From assembly GCA_902786345.1 (NCBI GenBank), contig CADACB010000010.1, forward strand, positions 34,723-98,722: a DNA stretch of 64,000 nt, given 5' to 3'. Of the stretch, positions 56,969-64,000 are shown one piece after another (position 1 is the stretch's first letter; each line of letters begins with the position of its first letter). A model generated the notes under the pieces. It searched no databases. It saw only the letters and a list, made by a program, of their open reading frames with translations, and had not been told where the DNA came from. This DNA comes from an uncultured Ruminococcus sp. GTDB lineage: Bacteria > Bacillota > Clostridia > Oscillospirales > Acutalibacteraceae. The position numbers and the translations under genes are program-made.

Positions 56969-58120
56969 TTATAAAATTTTATTTGTTATTTCCTGAAAAT
57001 AATGTGCAATGACCAGATCTGTCATTTCACCATAGCTTTTTATCCCACTGCTCTGAGAATTAGATTTAAGATAATTGTCATTTAAAGAGGCTGCCGCTTC
57101 TGCAACAGGAGTTTCAAATTTTGACCAATATTCGGAATATTCATCAAGATCATCCAAAACATCATCAGATATGTATTCAAGAAAATCAGAAAATTTCTCT
57201 TTGTCTGTATTATAAAGTGCATTAGATGCATAAAGCATTGCCGATACATATCCGGAATACATAAACTCATCGTTTCCGGAATATATGCAAGAAAGATAAG
57301 AAATAAAATTAGCATCGTGTTCACTCATAAAACCCCTTACGTGTGCAAGCTCGTGACACATCGAAAAAGGTATGGTAAAATCAGGTACATCAACATTCAC
57401 ATTTGCTTCAAACGTAAACGGAAAATATATTCCCGTAATGTTAAGATACGACATTCCTATTGAAAGTATCACAGGCTTTGGAACACTATAACCCTCCGGC
57501 ACAAAACTGTATTTTTTATGTAAACCATTAACGGCCGACGCAGCAGTTTTATATGCCGGCTGTCTGTCAAGAATCATATGACCGTTGCTGTCCTCCTTGA
57601 GTCTGCTCCTGCATTCCGACGCGTTTTCAGCAAGATACACACACACCTCATATAACTGGTCTGTTGAAGTTTTCTTAACCTCAAGTCCGATCTTTTCCGC
57701 AAAATTAATGCAATGGTAATTGATTCCGCAGTTTGTTATGAACAGAAAAAATACTGCACAGCATATTGAAACAACCCTCAAAACTCCCCTGAACAATATT
57801 TTCTTACGTGAATCTTTTCTTCTTACAGTCCTTACAATAACCAATACAAAATATATTACCGCCATAAAAGGCAAAGCAACAATTAAAACCTCAGCCAAAG
57901 AAAGCGGAATTAATCCTGAAATATTATTCCAGAAAATTGAAATATATCTATAAATGTAATTGCAATAAAAATCAGCAAATCCGGGAATATGACCTGCACA
58001 CAAAATTAATATAAATGACATCGGTAAAAGCATTATCATCCAGAACCATATACTGTAAAAACAGACAGACGTCATTTTTCTGATTTTTTGAAATATATTT
58101 TTATAAACATTATCCGGCAT
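56969..58120 (-). CDS. DUF3810-family membrane protein with a zinc-metalloprotease-like HExxH motif
   Basis: FSMCHELAHVRGFMSEHDANF plus N-terminal TM segments. I chose the start at ATG 58120 (MPDNVYKNIF). The upstream part of the track ORF is translated tandem repeat DNA. Confidence 0.78.
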   Translation of the reverse strand: MPDNVYKNIFQKIRKMTSVCFYSIWFWMIMLLPMSFILILCAGHIPGFADFYCNYIYRYISIFWNNISGLIPLSLAEVLIVALPFMAVIYFVLVIVRTVRRKDSRKKILFRGVLRVVSICCAVFFLFITNCGINYHCINFAEKIGLEVKKTSTDQLYEVCVYLAENASECRSRLKEDSNGHMILDRQPAYKTAASAVNGLHKKYSFVPEGYSVPKPVILSIGMSYLNITGIYFPFTFEANVNVDVPDFTIPFSMCHELAHVRGFMSEHDANFISYLSCIYSGNDEFMYSGYVSAMLYASNALYNTDKEKFSDFLEYISDDVLDDLDEYSEYWSKFETPVAEAAASLNDNYLKSNSQSSGIKSYGEMTDLVIAHYFQEITNKIL

Positions 58121-58206
58121 AATAGGTCTTCCATTCTTTTTTCTTAATTCTATCACAAGATTATTGTTTTTGCAACGCGGCAACAAGCTGCCGCACCCAA
58201 TTTGCA

Positions 58207-58306
58207 GTGCGTGACCGCACTGGACAATTCGCGGTGCGTGACCGCACTGGACAATTCGCGGTGCGTGACCGCACTGGACAATTCGCGGTGCGTGACCGCA
58301 CTGGAC
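58207..58306. repeat. Tandem array: 3 full plus 1 partial copies of a GC-rich 27-bp unit, each with an internal hairpin
   Basis: gtgcgtgaccgcactggacaattcgcg occurs at 58207-58233, 58234-58260 and 58261-58287, with a partial copy at 58288-58306. Each unit contains GTGCG-tgac-CGCAC. It lies in the 500-bp divergent intergenic region. Confidence 0.9.
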
Positions 58307-58619
58307 GCTCACTCTGACTATCAAAACCAAACATACGCCGATCGCGGTTTTCCCTTCCTCGCACTCCTTGCGTCGTGCTTTTGGAAGGGTTCTGTAAAAA
58401 CAGGCAGATAATTTTATTAAACTTACGTAATTATTTTACACTAACAGCTAAAACTCCGGTCTTACTTCTGAATCATCAACATACGTTTAATTGTAAATCT
58501 TTTTACCAGAAAATAATTATTGCAAAACATCTCTTTTTTTAATATTATGTAATAAAGTATAAATTACTGCATAAAACAATAAGCCAATATGATAATTCCT
58601 GTTATGTGGAGTGAGCCTT

Positions 58620-59186
58620 ATGAATATCGAACAAATTGATTCTACAAGAATATTAATATCACTTTGTGATAAGGATATGGAAAGCTATTCCGTTACGTTT
58701 GACTCCCTCGGCCTTACGGAATTGCACTCCCGTAAGGTGATCAGAGAGCTTATGTATCGTGCGTCATTAAGAACCGGCATAAGCTTTAAAAACAAACGCG
58801 TTTTGATTGAAGCACTTAAATATGAGCATGGCTGTCTATTGCTTCTCACAATTTCAGATAAACAAAAAAGAAGAAAAATATATAAAATCAAATACTACAA
58901 CGACTCTTACATTTTCGTGTTTGATGATGTTGAAAGCCTTCTTGCTTGCATAAAAGCACTTTATGGTATAAACGGAAATAAATATTCAAGCTCTGTATAT
59001 CTATATAATAATAAATATTATCTTGTGATAAATTCTGCTTCTGCACTTAAGGGAAGATATAAAAATACCATCTCTGAATTCTGTATAAAGCAATTCAGAG
59101 GAAGTGCATATACTGCCTTTCTTTTAGAACACGCAAAGCTTTTGTCAGAAAAAAATGCTGTAGAAGTTATAGGCGGCAAGCTATAA
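58620..59186 (+). CDS. mecA: MecA-family adaptor protein (short form)
   Basis: MNIEQIDSTRILISL... N-terminus, and C-terminal blocks VYLYNNKYYLVINS and LLEHAKLLSEKNAVEVI that parallel B. subtilis MecA (LYSFENRYYLYVDF, LEEYGKLIISEHALETI). GGAG lies 8 nt before the ATG at 58620. Confidence 0.7.
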   Translation: MNIEQIDSTRILISLCDKDMESYSVTFDSLGLTELHSRKVIRELMYRASLRTGISFKNKRVLIEALKYEHGCLLLLTISDKQKRRKIYKIKYYNDSYIFVFDDVESLLACIKALYGINGNKYSSSVYLYNNKYYLVINSASALKGRYKNTISEFCIKQFRGSAYTAFLLEHAKLLSEKNAVEVIGGKL

Positions 59187-59191
59187 GCAAA

Positions 59192-59238
59192 CCAGCCGTC
59201 TGCGTTTCAATTGTTGCAGACGGCTGGAATTTATTTTG
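59192..59238. terminator. Bidirectional terminator between mecA-like and DMT genes
   Basis: 12-bp stem ccagccgtctgc / gcagacggctgg followed by aatttattttg. Confidence 0.75.
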
Positions 59239-60151
59239 TTTCCTGTTTATTTTGTTTCCTGTTTATTTTTTTCTTAAAAACCCAAAGGTTATTGTTATAT
59301 ACATACATAAGCACTGCCATAGAACAAATAACAATATATCCCACAACACTATATATATCCGGAAGTTCTCCAAGAAATATAAAACCGAGAAGTGTTGCAA
59401 AAATTATCTGTGAATAATCATAAACAGAAATTTCTCTTGCAGGTGCATTACAATATGCAGCAGTTATAGAAAACTGACCGCCTGACGCCGAAAGCCCCGC
59501 GCCTAACAACATCGCAATCTGATATATACTCATAGGATGAAAGTCAAAAATTAAGAACGGCAGCGTTACAAGACACGAAAAGGATGAAAAGAAAAACACT
59601 ATAAGCGAACCGTTTTCCTTCCTCGTTCCCAATATCCTTACCATTGCATATGCAAAACCGGCACACATCCCTCCGAACAAGCCTATTGCTGAAGGAAGTA
59701 TATCAACATTTGAAAATGAAGGCTTGATTATAAACAGTGTTCCTATAAAGGCAATAAATACAGCAGCCCCCTGAATAAAAGTAAGTCTTTCTTTTAAAAG
59801 AAAAAAAGAAAATATTATTACAAAAAATGGTGACATTTTATTTAGTATAGATGCATCCGAAAGAGGAATATGGTCAATTGCATAAAAATTACATATAATT
59901 CCCAACGTACCTATAGAAGCACGAAGTATAAGAAATTTTAAATTGCCTTTTTTCCATTTAAAGCTATCCTTGTTTTTTATCAGCACGGCAGCAGAAAAAA
60001 ACACTGCTACAAAATTTCTGAAAAAGCTCTTCTGAAACGAAGGCAGATCCCCTGACAGTCTTACAAATAAATTCATAAACGCAAAACAGAATGCCGAAAT
60101 TATTATGTAAATTATTGCCTTATTTTTATTTTTTATTTTCAGCATATTCAT
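59231..60151 (-). CDS. DMT-superfamily (EamA-like) transporter
   Basis: 306 aa, about 10 TM segments, two EamA-like halves. The start could instead be the ATG at 60145. Confidence 0.85.
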   Translation of the reverse strand: MNMLKIKNKNKAIIYIIISAFCFAFMNLFVRLSGDLPSFQKSFFRNFVAVFFSAAVLIKNKDSFKWKKGNLKFLILRASIGTLGIICNFYAIDHIPLSDASILNKMSPFFVIIFSFFLLKERLTFIQGAAVFIAFIGTLFIIKPSFSNVDILPSAIGLFGGMCAGFAYAMVRILGTRKENGSLIVFFFSSFSCLVTLPFLIFDFHPMSIYQIAMLLGAGLSASGGQFSITAAYCNAPAREISVYDYSQIIFATLLGFIFLGELPDIYSVVGYIVICSMAVLMYVYNNNLWVFKKKINRKQNKQETK

Positions 60152-60255
60152 TCTTCCCTTTTATTGTCTTTGATAATTTTACCCTATCATCAATACATCT
60201 GTTTAACATACCGAGAACCACTACCTCCATAACGGAAACAGTGGTTCTTGTCTGA

Positions 60256-61395
60256 TCAGAATAAAAACGATATATTATCGTCTGTTGCCAGATTATCCAG
60301 AGAATAAAGAATAAGTATTGAATCTGCATTTTCCTGTTCGGCAAGTTCAGATATATCCTTTTTATAATATCTCAGGTCAGCCATAATTATCTCGCTGTAA
60401 TTCTGCGATAAAAACGGAGCTATTGCGTGTGCATATGAGTCCTTTACAATAATAAGCTTACCGCCCTTTGCATCCGTATTCCTGATCCTTACAAGACTAT
60501 GGTTGCCGTCAAGAAATACCGGATATTTATCGTCTTTATTAAAATATTCACGAAAAAAATAACTGTCATTTTCCTTTGTGACATCGGAATCGCTTATCGT
60601 TACCGAAACTGATTTTTCAGATTGATTTTTGTTTTTCCACAATTCCAGCTTATCCGGAGTAATCCACCATAGTGCAGCCTTTGAATAGGATGTACCATAA
60701 AATCCATCAACTGTTTCTTTTTCAAAATTTTCTTCCGTAACCGGCTTATATCCAAGCCTGTCTCCAAGCAGCTTATAGCATTCATATGCACCTGCCGATG
60801 TCCAATGATGGTCGGTTTTATAATAAAGCTGCTCGCTTTCTGCTTTTTCTTTAAAAACAGATCTCACATCAATAAAATTAACATCCTTGCCCAAGGCATT
60901 GCTGAATTTATCAATGAGCTTATCATCAATATATTCCTCGTGATTCAACGGAAGCTTATTTTGATTGACATATCCTGATGACGGGATCAGTGTCATATAT
61001 ACAGGTATATCAGAGGTTTCTGCAAACTCCTTGATATAACCGGCATTTGTTGTTATCAGTTCCGTATCCTTTGTAGGCTTCGGAAAAAGGTAACCGTCAC
61101 TGCCCAGATATATGCCCTTATTTCCGTTTCTGCCGGTAACAAGATCATAATCAGCACTTAGTCCGACAAAAAAATTTCGTCCCGGCACATAGTCCGAAAG
61201 ATATGTGTCAAGCCCCTTCTGAAAATCACCATTAACAACTTTTTCAGCTGTAATTTCCGGAAATGATGACAACACCTTTTTTTCCTGAGCAGAATAAGAT
61301 TCTTTTGGAAGAATAAAATACATTATCATAAAGGAAAATATAAACCCACAAAAAATTACAGCAGGAAGATATTTTACACAATTTTTTATTTTCAT
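60256..61395 (-). CDS. DHHW-family protein (partner of the MBOAT acyltransferase)
   Basis: N-terminal TM segment and the YKTDHHWTSAGAYECYK signature. It lies directly downstream of the MBOAT gene. Confidence 0.88.
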   Translation of the reverse strand: MKIKNCVKYLPAVIFCGFIFSFMIMYFILPKESYSAQEKKVLSSFPEITAEKVVNGDFQKGLDTYLSDYVPGRNFFVGLSADYDLVTGRNGNKGIYLGSDGYLFPKPTKDTELITTNAGYIKEFAETSDIPVYMTLIPSSGYVNQNKLPLNHEEYIDDKLIDKFSNALGKDVNFIDVRSVFKEKAESEQLYYKTDHHWTSAGAYECYKLLGDRLGYKPVTEENFEKETVDGFYGTSYSKAALWWITPDKLELWKNKNQSEKSVSVTISDSDVTKENDSYFFREYFNKDDKYPVFLDGNHSLVRIRNTDAKGGKLIIVKDSYAHAIAPFLSQNYSEIIMADLRYYKKDISELAEQENADSILILYSLDNLATDDNISFLF

Positions 61396-61432
61396 AACGC
61401 AGCTCCTTTCTGTATAGCTTCATATTATCCCA

Positions 61433-62830
61433 TCAGAATTTAAAATAAAGAAAGGGATTATAAGAACTGCTTACTAATGAAGCTGTACACAGCAGCAGCG
61501 AACCAATACACGCACTGTTATCCAAAACATACTTTACCGGCAGACTCTTTATTTTATGATAGAGTGTTGTAAACAGAGGTGTTGAAACAACAGCCGCTAG
61601 TATAAGAAGCGGAATATAAGAGATGACCCTTGCCTGTATATCAGCAGACATCATAAAACCGTCAGAACCGAACAGTCTTGCAATAAATGTTCCCATTTGT
61701 CCCATATCCTCAAAGTAGAACAATACCCAGCCAAAAACAACAAGAATCATTGAATATATATGTCCGATAACAGCAGGTGATTTTTTCAGCAGCTTAAGCA
61801 GGAATGACTTTTCAATCACAAGCAATATACCGAAGTATACTCCCCATAATATAAAATTCCAGCTTGCACCGTGCCACAGACCGGTAAGAAACCATACTAC
61901 GCCAATATTGATTATCTGACGTGCAAGACCCTTTCTGTTGCCGCCAAGAGGTATATAAACATATTCTCTGAACCACGTGCCAAGAGAGATATGCCATCTT
62001 CTCCAGAATTCAGTGATACTTTTGGAAATATACGGATAGTCAAAGTTTTTCATAAACTCAAATCCGAACATTTTTCCAAGACCTATAGCCATATCTGAAT
62101 AACCGCTGAAATCAAAATATATTTGAAGCGTATAGGCAATTATTCCTGCCCATGCACCCAGTGCTCCGCTTGAAGCACCGCTTTCTCTTACAGCATCCCA
62201 CAAACTGCCCATTTCGTTTGCAATAAGTATTTTTTTTGACAAGCCAACAAGAAATATCTTTACACCGTCAGTAAACTGCTGTAAATTCTCTCTGCGGTTC
62301 ATCATCTGCTCTGCAACGTCCTCATAACGTACAATCGGACCTGCGATAAGCTGCGGAAACAAAGAAACATATGTTCCGAATGCAATTATATTTTTCTGTA
62401 CTTTTACAGTATTTCTGTATACATCAATAGTATATGACATTGTCTGGAAGGTATAGAAAGAAATACCAATAGGCAGGGAAACCTGCAAAACAGGAATATT
62501 CAGGAACGGCAAAACAAAATTAAGAGTCTCTCCTATGAAGCCAACGTATTTAAAGAATCCCAATAAACCAAGATTAAGAACAATAGCCACAATGAAAATC
62601 AGCTTTGAAAGCTTTTTCTTCTGACGCTTTGCTCCCAATAGTACACCTGCAAAATAGTTTATCATTATTGACACAAGCATAAGTATGACAAGCATAGGCT
62701 CGCCCCACGAATAGAATACAAGGTCAACAATAAAAAGCGTAAGATTTCTGAATCGTCTTGGTGTTACATAATACAAAATCAGAACGATAGGCAGAAACAT
62801 AAAAAGAAATATCAGACTTGAAAATATCAA
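61433..62830 (-). CDS. MBOAT-family O-acyltransferase (AlgI/DltB-like)
   Basis: 465 aa, multi-TM, with the conserved FWRRWHISL histidine block. TTG start with GGTGGTG RBS. Confidence 0.92.
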   Translation of the reverse strand: MIFSSLIFLFMFLPIVLILYYVTPRRFRNLTLFIVDLVFYSWGEPMLVILMLVSIMINYFAGVLLGAKRQKKKLSKLIFIVAIVLNLGLLGFFKYVGFIGETLNFVLPFLNIPVLQVSLPIGISFYTFQTMSYTIDVYRNTVKVQKNIIAFGTYVSLFPQLIAGPIVRYEDVAEQMMNRRENLQQFTDGVKIFLVGLSKKILIANEMGSLWDAVRESGASSGALGAWAGIIAYTLQIYFDFSGYSDMAIGLGKMFGFEFMKNFDYPYISKSITEFWRRWHISLGTWFREYVYIPLGGNRKGLARQIINIGVVWFLTGLWHGASWNFILWGVYFGILLVIEKSFLLKLLKKSPAVIGHIYSMILVVFGWVLFYFEDMGQMGTFIARLFGSDGFMMSADIQARVISYIPLLILAAVVSTPLFTTLYHKIKSLPVKYVLDNSACIGSLLLCTASLVSSSYNPFLYFKF

Positions 62831-62855
62831 GCAAAAACACCACCGAACTTATACA

Positions 62856-63449
62856 TTAGTTAATGCCTTCATTAAAAATGCTCTTGATTTTATCAGCATC
62901 TGCCGAAATAACAAGTGAAACATAAAGTCCGTTTCTTTCAACCTTAGCGCTCTCAATATTTGCAACCTGTTCGGGACTGTAGTTTTTGATTACATTATAT
63001 TTTGACTGCCAGTTATCCTGAAGTTTCTTTTCTATTTCATCAGCAGCAGCCTCATCCTTTGCCTGCACATACACAATCTGATCCTGTGTAAGACCGTCTG
63101 TGCAGTAAAGACCTGCAAAATCATCCATCCAGTCTGATTCAATACCGAATGTACGTTTCATTCTTTTAGCATTAAAGTCTGCCGTTTCAGCAGGCATTGT
63201 AACTTCTGCCTTTACCTTTTCAAGAAGCTGCTGAAGATTGCCTGTTTGCTGTTCAGAAACTGCTTCACTTTGAACATCTGATTTTTCATCACTGCTTTGT
63301 ACATCAGAAGCATCAGCTTTACTCTGTGCTGAAACAGATGAAGCTGATGTCGTGCCTGAAGCTCCTGATTTTTCATTTCCGGAATTTCCGCACGCACAAA
63401 AAGTTAACACAAGTGCGGCAGCTGTAAGTGCTATAAATAACTTTTTCAT
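62856..63449 (-). CDS. DUF4358-like lipoprotein
   Basis: Lipobox LTFCAC and a Ser-rich linker. The C-terminal domain pattern (FGIESDWMDDFAGLY...IVYVQAKDEAAADEIEKKL) recalls DUF4358, which usually accompanies MBOAT/DHHW genes. I chose the ATG at 63449. Confidence 0.65.
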   Translation of the reverse strand: MKKLFIALTAAALVLTFCACGNSGNEKSGASGTTSASSVSAQSKADASDVQSSDEKSDVQSEAVSEQQTGNLQQLLEKVKAEVTMPAETADFNAKRMKRTFGIESDWMDDFAGLYCTDGLTQDQIVYVQAKDEAAADEIEKKLQDNWQSKYNVIKNYSPEQVANIESAKVERNGLYVSLVISADADKIKSIFNEGIN

Positions 63450-63499
63450 TATATTGTTTCCTTTCTCTGTAGCTTTTTTAATATACATATACTAAAGAC

Positions 63500-64000
63500 T
63501 TAAACGTGATTTTTTAGGTATTCTACCCATTGATAGCAGCCTGAATCTGAAAAATGCAGTCCCATTGCAGACGCATCGCTGCAATATTCATATATCAGAT
63601 TGCCGTCCTCATCTTCAACAGCAGACGCTATATCCAGATAATGATACCCTTTTTCTTTGCACAATTCCTCTGCTTTCGAATCAAACTGTGCAATAGTTGT
63701 ATTGTTAAGCATTTTTAGCTGACTTTCTTTAAGCATAGGAGTGACTGATTCAACATAAATCTCGGCATCAGGGCAATTTTTTTCTATTTTGCTCAAAAGC
63801 TGCTGCATAGCATTTATTGCACCATCAACACCATATGCTCCAATATCGTTCATACCAAGCATAATAAATATTTTTGCGGGATCAATGACCCCTGCTCCCT
63901 CATCTACAGTATATTTTACACCGTTGTATGAAGGATGCACGTTATCAGGATAATCAATATCCCAAAGTGCATTATTATAACCAAGACTTCCTGCACATAG
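63500..64000 (-). CDS. SGNH/GDSL-like hydrolase, C-terminal part (5' end beyond the window end)
   Basis: The reading frame stays open to position 64000. It has the IFIMLGMNDIG (GxND block) and a C-terminal GLHFSDSG block, and sits in the O-acylation gene cluster. Confidence 0.65.
   Translation of the reverse strand, partial: LCAGSLGYNNALWDIDYPDNVHPSYNGVKYTVDEGAGVIDPAKIFIMLGMNDIGAYGVDGAINAMQQLLSKIEKNCPDAEIYVESVTPMLKESQLKMLNNTTIAQFDSKAEELCKEKGYHYLDIASAVEDEDGNLIYEYCSDASAMGLHFSDSGCYQWVEYLKNHV

Noticed and set aside
58207-58306. Possible CRISPR array
   Set aside because: The 27-bp units are directly adjacent with no spacers, and no cas genes are nearby. It is a plain tandem repeat, not a CRISPR.
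58121-58411. N-terminal 70 aa of the 453-aa track ORF (VQCGHAPRI x4), plus ORFs 58161-58364 (-) and 58202-58411 (+)
   Set aside because: All three are translations of the 27-bp tandem DNA repeat in different frames and strands. The DUF3810 homology begins only after the ATG at 58120, so I treat the repeat as non-coding.
1-64000. Scan for tRNA, rRNA, transposase, integrase and phage genes, and for the many 60-175-aa antisense ORFs in the track
   Set aside because: I recognised no tRNA T-arm or rRNA signatures and no recombinase or transposase motifs. The short ORFs embedded antisense in long conserved genes (for example 1650-2177 and 4867-5259) are considered non-coding.

Overview
The window is a low-GC, gene-dense Firmicutes/Clostridia-type chromosome segment. 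Gene content (IspH-S1 fusion, NifS/NifU, LCP pair, DHHW/MBOAT genes, a cohesin-like protein) suggests a Ruminococcus/Oscillospiraceae-like anaerobe, but that is only inference. Most of it is housekeeping: ftsH-hpt-tilS-dnaB-rplI-gdpP-rnj on the minus strand, rnhA, nifS-nifU, cmk-plsC-plsC-ispH/rpsA, two LCP genes, ddh, ispF, degV, rluD-like, nrdR, ygiQ, NfeD/SPFH, and an MBOAT-DHHW-DUF4358-SGNH O-acylation cluster. The main finding is an accessory island of about 10.6 kb (about 13.2-23.8 kb) that looks richer in G+C by eye (not computed). It encodes a TetR regulator and a 714-aa protein with a Nif11/double-glycine-type leader. It also encodes an NHLM-type export set: a C39-peptidase ABC transporter, a second ABC transporter and a 140-aa HlyD-like stub. 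A STAS protein and a divergent membrane sensor PP2C phosphatase fused to an RsbW-like kinase complete it, and a decayed HxlR gene fragment marks its right edge. This looks like a leader-dependent secretion system for a protein-sized cargo under partner-switching control, with no RiPP-modifying enzymes. Other notable items: an EF-G/Tet(M)-like GTPase fused to a Rae1/YacP NYN RNase domain; a membrane-anchored EndoU domain protein with a tightly coupled small partner gene; a 1292-aa REC/HD-GYP/GGDEF/EAL/PAS protein whose cyclase and EAL motifs look degenerate; a GC-rich 27-bp tandem repeat array in a divergent promoter region; a candidate CU-rich sRNA with its own promoter and terminator; a GC-rich structured convergent intergenic region; and a truncated Vat-type acetyltransferase at the window start. 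I recognised no rRNA, tRNA, CRISPR array, transposase or integrase. Coordinates of hairpins and promoters were counted by hand and may be off by a few nt.
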